Below, piece by piece: positions 27,274-34,340 of a stretch of 45,393 nt of DNA (within the stretch, counting starts at the first letter, position 1; the number at the start of each line of letters is the position of its first letter). The DNA is taken from positions 1-45,393 of IMG/VR virus record IMGVR_UViG_3300005548_000002. The stretch is one strand, 5' to 3'. Made by a program: the position numbers and the translations under genes. The notes under the pieces were generated by a model that was given only the letters and a program-made list of their open reading frames with translations, did not search any database and was not told the origin of the DNA. The stretch comes from a virus.

Positions 27274-27366
27274 CAAACGCCTGGCGAACAGATGGCTCTC
27301 CGTACTCCGGTCTTCGTACTTCGTACCTACCCCCCCTAACCCCCCCGACTGCGTCAGGGGGGAATC

Positions 27367-27636
27367 GTGAGTGTCGATCGGGCAACGAGGGTTGCCAACG
27401 GCTCCCGTCGCAAGCGAGACCTCGCAGCCGTTGGCATCGAGCGTCGAGCAGTTCCGGAGGTCGAGGCGACCCGCGAGGAACGCGAAGCATGGGTTGCCCG
27501 CCACCTCCCCGGAGAGAACCACTACTGCGTCACCTCGGCCCGCATCCGGCTTCATGCCGCCGGCCGACCCGTCAACGCCGAGACCGTCCGGGAGTGGCTC
27601 CGGGGCCGCGGCTGGCTGAAGGAGCAGAACTCATGA
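27367..27636 (+). CDS. Hypothetical protein
   Basis: GTG start, 89 aa. Confidence 0.45.
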   Translation: MSVDRATRVANGSRRKRDLAAVGIERRAVPEVEATREEREAWVARHLPGENHYCVTSARIRLHAAGRPVNAETVREWLRGRGWLKEQNS

Positions 27637-27992
27637 GCGTCACCCGCGAGCAACCGCTCGAAGCGCTGGAGCGCGCCAACTACGTCCGCCTCCACCGCGC
27701 CGAGTTGAAACGCCAGGTCAAGCGCGGGGAGGTCACGGTCTCCTCGGTGCTCTCGGGGGAGATCCCGGACTGGCTGGAGCGCATGGCGGTCTACGAGCTC
27801 ATCGACGCCATCCCGCAGATCCGCAAGAGGACCATCGCCCGCATCCTCGCCGAGGTCGGGAACCTCTCCTTCAGCCGCAACGTGGGGATGCTCACCGTCC
27901 GCCAGAGGAACCTCCTCGTCGCCTACGTCGAGGCCTTCGAGAACCGGGCGAAGAAGAGGGCCCGCACCAAGTTCGAAAGGGGAGTGCGATGA
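27633..27992 (+). CDS. Actinobacterial-type integration host factor (mIHF)-like protein
   Basis: 'LERANYVRLHRAELKRQVKRGEVTVSSVL' followed by 'IPQIRKRTIARILAEVGNLSFSRNVGMLTVRQRNLL'. This matches the mIHF architecture. Confidence 0.55.
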   Translation: MSVTREQPLEALERANYVRLHRAELKRQVKRGEVTVSSVLSGEIPDWLERMAVYELIDAIPQIRKRTIARILAEVGNLSFSRNVGMLTVRQRNLLVAYVEAFENRAKKRARTKFERGVR

Positions 27993-28264
27993 GAACCTGG
28001 GAGTTCGAAGGTTGGGAAGAGCGCCTTCGGCCTTTGGAGGGTTCGAGGGGTTCCGGAGTCAAGGCCGGAAAGCCAGGGATTGGCTACTTCTACCGATCCG
28101 GCTACTACCCCGCCTGCTCGAAGCATGGGTCCATGAACTGCGTGAAGGGCCACGGGTCTGACGGGAGCTACTGGCGGTGCCTCGTCGAGGGCTGCAACAT
28201 TGGCGTCAAATGGGCCGGTCTCCTGCTCACCCGTGAGCCGGTCACCTGGTGGGAGGGCGACTGA
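27989..28264 (+). CDS. Hypothetical Cys-rich protein
   Basis: ATGA overlap with the upstream gene. 91 aa. Confidence 0.45.
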   Translation: MRTWEFEGWEERLRPLEGSRGSGVKAGKPGIGYFYRSGYYPACSKHGSMNCVKGHGSDGSYWRCLVEGCNIGVKWAGLLLTREPVTWWEGD

Positions 28265-28527
28265 CTGTGTTCTGGAGAAGGAAGTCCCGGCTTTCCGCGG
28301 AGGGTGTCGAGTCCGTTCTGATCACGCAGCAGAGGAAAATCGACGCCCTTGGCCAGCGCGTCCGAGCGCTGGAGCCGCCCCCTGAAGAGCCCTGGGAAAA
28401 GACGGCCGCGGAAATCGTAGATCTCATCGCCCTGCGTCACGGCTCCGGTGGCGCCAACCACCCCAAGGTCAAGGCGCTCTACCGCCTCGGTGACGAAGCA
28501 GCCGCTCTCCTCAAGGAGCAAGCATGA
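28249..28527 (+). CDS. Hypothetical protein
   Basis: GTG start. Alternative GTG at 28267. Confidence 0.4.
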   Translation: MGGRLTVFWRRKSRLSAEGVESVLITQQRKIDALGQRVRALEPPPEEPWEKTAAEIVDLIALRHGSGGANHPKVKALYRLGDEAAALLKEQA

Positions 28528-28742
28528 ACTCAACCAAGGGCTATGCCAACGATTGGATCGTCGATTCGAGTCTCTTCGATGAGCCCGACTGGAAACCACT
28601 CCTCAAATATCTGGCGCTGCTCGAAGAGGAACCGGATGGCTGGATGTTCATGGAGGGCTACACGAATGGCTGCCGCAACTACAAGCACAAGTTGACGCGC
28701 GAGGGTCTGATGCTGACGCAGGAAGGGAGCGTCTACCGATGA
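28524..28742 (+). CDS. Hypothetical protein
   Basis: ATGA overlap with the upstream gene. 72 aa. Confidence 0.45.
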   Translation: MNSTKGYANDWIVDSSLFDEPDWKPLLKYLALLEEEPDGWMFMEGYTNGCRNYKHKLTREGLMLTQEGSVYR

Positions 28743-28957
28743 GCCACGAATGGAAGACCGCCATGGTCGAAGGGCCGGTGACCGAAGCCGAGAAGGCGAA
28801 GGCACGTCTTGGTGAGGCCGTCGAGATCCTCGCGGAAGCCCTCTATGCCCTGGAAGAGAACAAACATCGATTCCTCCCGACCTCCCACGAAGGCGAGGCC
28901 GCCGAACGGGCACTTGCTAGGTCGAGGCGTTTCCTTGCGCAGGAGCCGCCTCGATGA
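28739..28957 (+). CDS. Hypothetical protein
   Basis: ATGA overlap with the upstream gene. 72 aa. Confidence 0.45.
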   Translation: MSHEWKTAMVEGPVTEAEKAKARLGEAVEILAEALYALEENKHRFLPTSHEGEAAERALARSRRFLAQEPPR

Positions 28958-29022
28958 ACGACCCGATCATCAGCCTCGAGGAAGCAGCCGAGCAGACTCC
29001 TTGGAGCAAGACGACGCCATGA
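28954..29022 (+). CDS. 22-aa micro-ORF resembling the first helix of an excisionase-type HTH
   Basis: MNDPIISLEEAAEQTPWSKTTP. ATGA overlaps at both ends. Confidence 0.25.
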   Translation: MNDPIISLEEAAEQTPWSKTTP

Positions 29023-29219
29023 GCACGGTCACGCAACTGGAGCCTTGGGTCCCCCTCACCGAGCTCGCGAACCACTGCGATTGCTCAGTCCGCTTCCTCA
29101 AGTACCGGGTTGCCGAAGGGATGCCCTCGGCCATCGTCTGCGGCAAGCGGAAGGTTCAACTGCGGGCGGCAATAGATTGGCTCGAAAAGGAGGGCCACAT
29201 CGTGAGGAGTGCTGCCTGA
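29019..29219 (+). CDS. xis: Excisionase / MerR-like HTH protein
   Basis: 'VPLTELANHCDCSVRFLKYRVAEGMP....GKRKV.L..AIDWL'. Directly upstream of int and overlapping it. Confidence 0.55.
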   Translation: MSTVTQLEPWVPLTELANHCDCSVRFLKYRVAEGMPSAIVCGKRKVQLRAAIDWLEKEGHIVRSAA

Positions 29220-30250
29220 TGGCGATTCGCAAAGTCAAGACCAAGAAGCTCGGCATCCGCTACGGGGTCCGGGTGCATGTCGGCGACGGCAAATACGAGA
29301 TGCTCGGGACCTTCCCGTCGAAGGCCGCCGCCAAGGAGGTCGAAGCGAAGTGGATGTTGCGGACGCGAGGGCGCCAGCGGCGGACGGGGAAAGACTGGGC
29401 CGATTTCTACCTGGAGGGCTACGAGGAACGAGTCAAGCGCTCGAGCTACCTCACCGCCTGCACCGCGATCAACTGCTGGCTGAAGACGTTCGGCAGTCGA
29501 ACCCTCGCCAGCATCGAACCGACTGAGGCGGAGACCTGGGCGCGAGCAAATCGCTGGGCGGTGCCGCCCGTCGTGACGATGCTGAACAACGCAGTCAAGA
29601 AAGACGCTCTCGACCGCAACCCTTTCGTCGGCCTGTCAAGTCGCAGCCAGGGTCGAAGGTTCAACGAGCCGTTAAGCGTGGCCGACCTTGAGCGCCTGGC
29701 CGCCGCCGCCGAGAAACATCACGGGTCCATGTTCAAGGCTTTCGTCCTCTTCACGGCGTACACGGGCATGAGGGTGGGGGAGGTCTTCGCGCTCAAGTGG
29801 GAAGACATCGATTTCACCGAGGGGAAGATCCTCGTCCGTCGCCGTCTCTATCGCTCTGAACTGGATCTGCCGAAGGGAAACAAGACGCGGGAGATCGCTC
29901 TGTTCCCTGAGGCCAGGGACGCCATCGCCGCGCTCGACCGCGAGACGGCATGGGTCTTCCTGGCCAAGCGGGGTGGCCAACTGGCGCAATCGACGCTGAA
30001 TCACTACTGGCAGAAGATCGTCGCGACGTTCGGTCGGGAGATCGATCCCCACGAGCTACGGCACTTCTGCGGCCATCATCTCTACGTCACCAAGGGGGTC
30101 CCCGAGCGCATCGTCGCCGCCCAGCTAGGCCACAACGACGGCGGCAAGTTGGTGCGGGAGCTCTACGGTCACGGAGACCACGGCGCGATCGATGAACTGA
30201 AGCGTCTCTACGGCGAGAACGTGGTCCCCTTCGAGAGGAAAGCCTCGTGA
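29219..30250 (+). CDS. int: Tyrosine integrase
   Basis: 343 aa. 'YTGMRVGE' (Arg), 'HELRHFCGH', 'LGHNDG', 'LYGHG' (Tyr). The N-terminal arm-binding-like 'GIRYGVRV' block is present. Confidence 0.85.
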   Translation: MAIRKVKTKKLGIRYGVRVHVGDGKYEMLGTFPSKAAAKEVEAKWMLRTRGRQRRTGKDWADFYLEGYEERVKRSSYLTACTAINCWLKTFGSRTLASIEPTEAETWARANRWAVPPVVTMLNNAVKKDALDRNPFVGLSSRSQGRRFNEPLSVADLERLAAAAEKHHGSMFKAFVLFTAYTGMRVGEVFALKWEDIDFTEGKILVRRRLYRSELDLPKGNKTREIALFPEARDAIAALDRETAWVFLAKRGGQLAQSTLNHYWQKIVATFGREIDPHELRHFCGHHLYVTKGVPERIVAAQLGHNDGGKLVRELYGHGDHGAIDELKRLYGENVVPFERKAS

Positions 30251-30449
30251 AGGCGACACTTCCTAGACAGAATGGGCACCTCACTGGCTTTGTAGAGCCA
30301 AGTGGCAACAATCCGCCCCATCCACTTTCACAGGCATGCAGGCGTATTGCCCCCCGTGAACAGGGATGCACCGCCAGGCACGGGAGACGACTCCCTAGAC
30401 ATTTGCGAGACATTCGGCAACGGCCGGATAGACAGCCGGGGCAGCTTCG
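30251..30449. other. attP candidate region
   Basis: Non-coding gap of about 200 bp 3' of int. Direct CCTAGACA repeats at 30262..30269 and 30394..30401. A tRNA-3'-end-like string AATCCGCCCCATCCAC at 30310..30325. Confidence 0.3.
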
Positions 30450-30857
30450 ATGAAGGCCTCGGTCTATCTCGCCTACAAAGGCGACAAGCTGCTCTACGTC
30501 GGGATCACCGGCACGGGGACCAAGCGCCTGTCTCAGCATCGGCGGAACAGCGAGTGGTGGCTCAAGGCCGATCGCATCGAACTCGAGCACTACCCGACGC
30601 GCTCGCGGGCGATGGCGCGAGAGGCCGACCTGATCGAAGAGAGGAAGCCACGCTTCAACAAGAAGCCTGGCCATCGACGCTGTCGCGAGGATCTCATGTC
30701 GCTCGACGAGCTCTACGCCGGAATGTCTGTCTGGCCTAAGGAGCGCCTTCTCAAATGGGCTGAAAAGGGAAAGCTGCCGGTCGCCGACTGGATCGAAGGC
30801 GCGCCCCTCTTCGACGAAGAAGAGATTCTCAGTTGGGTCAGAGGTGAGGCCTCGTGA
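30450..30857 (+). CDS. GIY-YIG nuclease with C-terminal HTH-like region
   Basis: 'VYLAYKGDKLLYVGIT....KRLSQH' and 'E..LI...KPRFN'. Confidence 0.7.
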   Translation: MKASVYLAYKGDKLLYVGITGTGTKRLSQHRRNSEWWLKADRIELEHYPTRSRAMAREADLIEERKPRFNKKPGHRRCREDLMSLDELYAGMSVWPKERLLKWAEKGKLPVADWIEGAPLFDEEEILSWVRGEAS

Positions 30858-31039
30858 ATCCCCGGAAGTTGGTAGAGCGCAAGCTTCCCAAGCTTGCCTG
30901 CGCGAGAACTGAGGCGAAGCCGACCCCCGTCTCACGCCTGGCAGAGCGCCGATCTGACGTAGGGGTTCGCCTCGGTTACCCACGTTTCGTCTCTTTTAGT
31001 CACAGCGCTGTTCGGGAAACGTTCGGGGAATCGCTGTGA
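30854..31039 (+). CDS. Doubtful ORF (may be a regulatory spacer)
   Basis: GTGA overlaps at both ends, but third-position GC is low. Contains the 19-bp palindrome at 30879..30897. Confidence 0.25.
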   Translation: MNPRKLVERKLPKLACARTEAKPTPVSRLAERRSDVGVRLGYPRFVSFSHSAVRETFGESL

Positions 31040-31158
31040 ATACCAGCGACCGCTACGGCCACACCGACGACGACCTGGCCCGGGAGCGGATCAAGAAGCT
31101 CTTCGAGCAGCCGACCGAACTGCGGCCGGTGGAAGACCAGGAGGCCGCGAATGGCTGA
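31036..31158 (+). CDS. 40-aa acidic peptide
   Basis: GTG start. Overlaps the next gene by 8 nt. Confidence 0.3.
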   Translation: MNTSDRYGHTDDDLARERIKKLFEQPTELRPVEDQEAANG

Positions 31159-31417
31159 GCGGATCGACTTCACGAAGCTGGAGGCCATCTATGCCTACGA
31201 CACCGGCTCTCGCGAATCAGGCATCAAGGATGAGGCTCTGCGGAGCCGCCTTGTCGCTCAGATCGACGCCATGCCAGACGACGCATTTCGCCTGGAATTC
31301 TCTCGCTGGCTCCGGGACAACCTTCTGTCGGAGCAGGCCCTTGCGCAGGGCTATGGCTTCGAGGACGTGATGTCGTTCGCTCGCTGGATCTTCGACGGCG
31401 ACTTTCGGAGCCCGTGA
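31151..31417 (+). CDS. Hypothetical protein
   Basis: 88 aa with high third-position GC. Confidence 0.5.
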   Translation: MAERIDFTKLEAIYAYDTGSRESGIKDEALRSRLVAQIDAMPDDAFRLEFSRWLRDNLLSEQALAQGYGFEDVMSFARWIFDGDFRSP

Positions 31418-31481
31418 GATGGCTGACGGCATCAAGATCGAGGTCGCGCCGAGTGCAACTTCTGAGCAGGAGGGCCGCTAG

Positions 31482-31730
31482 ATGGCTTTCCAGAGCCACG
31501 GTTCGCGCCGCGACAACCAATCTCCCCCATTGGATGTGACGCGCGGAACCCTGTTCCTTGCAGGGGGTTTCGCGCACGGCAGAGGATGTGGCCTGCCGAA
31601 CCTCCCAGGCACGGATCGCCCCGGTCGGGTCCGCCGACTCGTGGGCAATTTCGTGGGCGCCCGCTGTCGCATGATGTGCCGACGGGGCCCAACCCCCATG
31701 AACCACCCCCGTACTGAGGAGGAGCTTTGA
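31482..31730 (+). CDS. Doubtful Arg/Gly-rich ORF in a hairpin-rich segment
   Basis: Its stop overlaps the next start (TTGA), but the protein composition is odd. The region 31417..31726 could instead be structured RNA or DNA. Confidence 0.3.
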   Translation: MAFQSHGSRRDNQSPPLDVTRGTLFLAGGFAHGRGCGLPNLPGTDRPGRVRRLVGNFVGARCRMMCRRGPTPMNHPRTEEEL

Positions 31731-31978
31731 GCGAGCCAAGCCGCGAGGCTTACAAGGTCGGTCAGGAGTTGTACTACCTTCTCGAAAGAGCCGGGAAGCT
31801 CGTGAACCAAGACCGGGCCGCTGCGCAAATCGTTGATGGCTGGGTGCGCAACACGGTCCAGCCGATCATTGACGAACGGGAAGCGGCCGTCTCACGGCAG
31901 TTCGAGCTTGAAGAAGGCTGGCGCGAACGTCTCGGCCGATTCCTTCGTCGTCTCTCGCGGCTCGTGGAGGAATCATGA
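31727..31978 (+). CDS. Hypothetical protein
   Basis: TTG start after GAGGAGGA. 83 aa. Confidence 0.5.
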   Translation: MSEPSREAYKVGQELYYLLERAGKLVNQDRAAAQIVDGWVRNTVQPIIDEREAAVSRQFELEEGWRERLGRFLRRLSRLVEES

Positions 31979-32388
31979 CCCCCCGTCCCCCTCGGTTCCC
32001 CACTGAAAGCAAAAACACGACGAAGGAGAACAACGATGTTCGAAGTGAGCACCGAGGAAGTCGCGCGTCTTTTCGCGGACGCTCATGCCTACGCCCAGAA
32101 CGGGTTCTTCGACGAGGCGTCAATGACGGCGGAGCAGGCCCAGGAGATGTGGGAGGAGATTCGGCCACCCGATTCCGAGGAGCAGCCCGCATAAGCCGTC
32201 CCCCTCGGTTCCCGAAAAGGAAGGAGGCGTGGCCTGAGAACCAGAACGATCTCCTAGGCAAGCTCCAGGCGTCCTTCGAACGGGACTGCGAATGCGGTCA
32301 CGCCCTGGCGGATCACCGTTCGCGTTCATCCAACTGTGAAGCGGCCGGCTGCGAATGCGAGCTGTACGAACCGGAGCACGTCGCGTGA
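31975..32388 (+). CDS. Cys/His-rich small protein gene carrying an in-frame 213-bp insert flanked by direct repeats
   Basis: ATGA overlap with the upstream gene. Codons 10..80 look like out-of-frame filler. The 3' part (32214..32388, 'CECGH...CEAAGCEC') has no start codon of its own. Confidence 0.4.
   Translation: MTPRPPRFPTESKNTTKENNDVRSEHRGSRASFRGRSCLRPERVLRRGVNDGGAGPGDVGGDSATRFRGAARISRPPRFPKRKEAWPENQNDLLGKLQASFERDCECGHALADHRSRSSNCEAAGCECELYEPEHVA
31983..32000 (+). repeat. 18-bp direct repeat, copy 1 (CCGTCCCCCTCGGTTCCC)
   Basis: Identical to 32196..32213. The offset is 213 bp. Confidence 0.9.
32036..32194 (+). CDS. 52-aa acidic protein encoded inside the 213-bp insert
   Basis: AAGGAGA RBS 7 nt upstream of the ATG. 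MFEVSTEEVARLFADAHAYAQNGFFDEASMTAEQAQEMWEEIRPPDSEEQPA. The stop lies 1 nt before repeat copy 2. Confidence 0.5.
   Translation: MFEVSTEEVARLFADAHAYAQNGFFDEASMTAEQAQEMWEEIRPPDSEEQPA
32196..32213 (+). repeat. 18-bp direct repeat, copy 2
   Basis: Identical to 31983..32000. Confidence 0.9.
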
Positions 32389-32594
32389 ACGCCCCCGCGG
32401 CCAACCGTCTGCGTCTCGCCCTCCTCCGTAGCGGCCCGACCGTCTTCGAGCACGAAGAGACGCCCCTCACCTGTAAACGAGGCCACGTCCTCGAGGGGGA
32501 GAACCTCGGAGTCAAGCCCTCCGGGAAGCAGTACTGCCGTCGGTGCGAAATCGAGCGCGGCCGTGAACGTCGAGCCCACAGGAAGGAGGCGTGA
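32385..32594 (+). CDS. Small zinc-ribbon protein
   Basis: GTGA overlap with the upstream gene. 'CKRGH.....N.........YCRRC', similar to the C-terminal module of the HNH_3 genes. Confidence 0.45.
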   Translation: MNAPAANRLRLALLRSGPTVFEHEETPLTCKRGHVLEGENLGVKPSGKQYCRRCEIERGRERRAHRKEA

Positions 32595-32866
32595 TGAGCA
32601 AGGTCGTGTTCCGTGACCGAAGCGGGCGGCGGCTGGAGCGAGGTGCCCGGGTCAAGAACGTTCGGATGCCTATGTTCTCCGGCACCTACAGCGTCGTGGC
32701 GCTCACCGAGTTCGACGGTCGCGCAAGCGTGGGCCTCTATCACGGACCGTTCGAGGAATACCAGCCGAACTTCTGCATCCCGTTCGTCCCCGCCGAACCG
32801 TCCGGTGACGGCTTCACCGCGCGCGACCTGGAACTCGTCGAAGAGAAAGCAGAGGCAACCTCATGA
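32591..32866 (+). CDS. Hypothetical protein
   Basis: GTGATG start. 91 aa. Confidence 0.45.
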   Translation: MMSKVVFRDRSGRRLERGARVKNVRMPMFSGTYSVVALTEFDGRASVGLYHGPFEEYQPNFCIPFVPAEPSGDGFTARDLELVEEKAEATS

Positions 32867-33144
32867 GCCCTGAACAGCAGTCAGGTAGCGAGAGGGTGGA
32901 GTACGCGTCTTGCAGTTGCGGCACGCCGAATTGCCCGGAGCTTGGCTGGCCCCACGAATGGGACCCGATCGCAGCGGGGGATAGCTGCTCCGCCTCGGTT
33001 CCTCCAGCGATCTTCACCTGCTCCATCGAGCAACTGAAGGCCGGCTGGCAACCGCCCGTCCACAAGGTGACGGAGCCTTACGTCCGCTGGGGATCGGGTT
33101 ACGGCTGCGTCGAGTGCGTCGAAGCGGAGTCCGGCGATGACTGA
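32863..33144 (+). CDS. Hypothetical Cys-rich protein
   Basis: ATGA overlap with the upstream gene. Its 3' end overlaps the tnpB start by 8 nt. Confidence 0.45.
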   Translation: MSPEQQSGSERVEYASCSCGTPNCPELGWPHEWDPIAAGDSCSASVPPAIFTCSIEQLKAGWQPPVHKVTEPYVRWGSGYGCVECVEAESGDD

Positions 33145-34336
33145 GCACACCGAGAGCAAGGTGAATCGGATTTACCGCTACAGGCTCTACCCGTCGCGCC
33201 GACAGGCGGCGGCGCTCGAGGCCCAACTCGCCTGGGCCTGCGATCTCTACAACGCGGCGCTCGAGCAGCGCCGCACCGCGTTCCGCGATTTCGGCGTCTC
33301 GGTGCGACTCAAGGATCAGCAGCACGAGCTGACCGCCCTGCGAGGTGACGGCCCGCAAATGAACTACGTCTGCCAGGAGATGGTCCTCCAGCGGTTGAAC
33401 CTCGCCTTCGAAGCGTTTTTCCGGCGCACGAGGAACGGCGAGAGGCCGGGCTTCCCTCGATTCAGAGCAAAATCCCGGTTCAACACGCTCGCCTGGCGCA
33501 GGCGCCAGGGCGGGGCAGCGATCGTCAACGACCGCCTGCGCATCCAAGGCGTCGGCCACCTCAAGGTCAAATGGCATCGCGACCTCCCGAGTGACCCCAA
33601 GCAGACGCGAATCACTCGCAAGAACGGCCGCTGGTACGCCGCGTTCACCGTGGAGGTCGAGCGTCAGCCGCTCACCCCTACGGGTCGTGAAATCGGCGTC
33701 GACCTGGGCGTCCGGCAGTTCGCCACGCTCTCCGATGGTTCACATGTCGTCGGTCCGCGTCCTGGCCGAGTAGCGGCCCCCGCGATCCGGCGGGCCCAGC
33801 GTAAGGTCGCCCGTCGCCACAGAGGTAGTCACCGCCGCCGCAGGGCCGTCGCTGAACTTGCACGCCGTCGCGAGCGGGAGGCGAACCGCCGGCTCGATGC
33901 CGCCCATAAGGCTGCGAAGGGCTTGGTTAATGACTTCGACCTGATCGCCGTCGAGGATCTCCGCCCCGCCAACATGGTCCGGGGCAACCGCGGTCTCGCC
34001 CGCGAAATCAGCGACCAGGGCTGGTCCACCTTCTTGCAGTGCCTCGAAGACAAGGCTGAAAGCGCCGGTCGCCGAGTAGTCCGCGTCAACCCCCGGAACA
34101 CGTCACGTTGCTGCTTCGAATGCGGTGCCGTCGATCGTGACTCCCGCAAGGGGCCGCGCTTCGTCTGCACGACGTGCGGCCACACGGATGACGCTGACGT
34201 AAACGCCGCCAAGAACATCTTGGCCTTGGCCCGGACGGGGCCGTCAGGCGCCAACGCGAATCTAGTTCTCGCGTTGCCTGAGAAGCCGCAGCAGCGGAGT
34301 CGTCACTTCGGCTCAGGAGCAAAGGGGATCGCATGA
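33137..34336 (+). CDS. tnpB: TnpB (IS200/IS605-family OrfB, RuvC-type RNA-guided nuclease)
   Basis: 'RIYRYRLYPS' N-terminus. 'GVDLG' (Asp), 'IAVEDL' (Glu), CxxC...CxxC zinc ribbon, 'DADVNAAKNI' (Asp). 399 aa. No adjacent tnpA. Confidence 0.85.
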   Translation: MTEHTESKVNRIYRYRLYPSRRQAAALEAQLAWACDLYNAALEQRRTAFRDFGVSVRLKDQQHELTALRGDGPQMNYVCQEMVLQRLNLAFEAFFRRTRNGERPGFPRFRAKSRFNTLAWRRRQGGAAIVNDRLRIQGVGHLKVKWHRDLPSDPKQTRITRKNGRWYAAFTVEVERQPLTPTGREIGVDLGVRQFATLSDGSHVVGPRPGRVAAPAIRRAQRKVARRHRGSHRRRRAVAELARRREREANRRLDAAHKAAKGLVNDFDLIAVEDLRPANMVRGNRGLAREISDQGWSTFLQCLEDKAESAGRRVVRVNPRNTSRCCFECGAVDRDSRKGPRFVCTTCGHTDDADVNAAKNILALARTGPSGANANLVLALPEKPQQRSRHFGSGAKGIA

Positions 34337-34340
34337 AGAC
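34200..34340 (+). ncRNA. Candidate omega RNA (reRNA) scaffold overlapping the tnpB 3' end
   Basis: Two abutting hairpins at 34252..34276 (perfect 8-bp stem) and 34277..34317 (6+3 bp). A/T-ending codons are locally enriched. The position matches where omega RNAs lie in characterised TnpB elements. The ends are not defined. Confidence 0.35.

Noticed and set aside
31417-31726. Hairpin-dense 310-bp segment considered as a structured ncRNA or a second omega RNA
   Set aside because: I could see no similarity to the tnpB 3' end. An 82-aa ORF with roughly 75% third-position GC and a TTGA-coupled stop fills most of it. Hairpins are expected in GC-rich DNA. I have left it as a low-confidence CDS.
33089-34331. 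GGGGATCG on both sides of tnpB (33089..33096 and 34324..34331) as a possible target duplication
   Set aside because: It is only 8 bp in GC-rich DNA. IS200/IS605 elements do not make target duplications. Collapsing the copies does not give a sensible reading frame.
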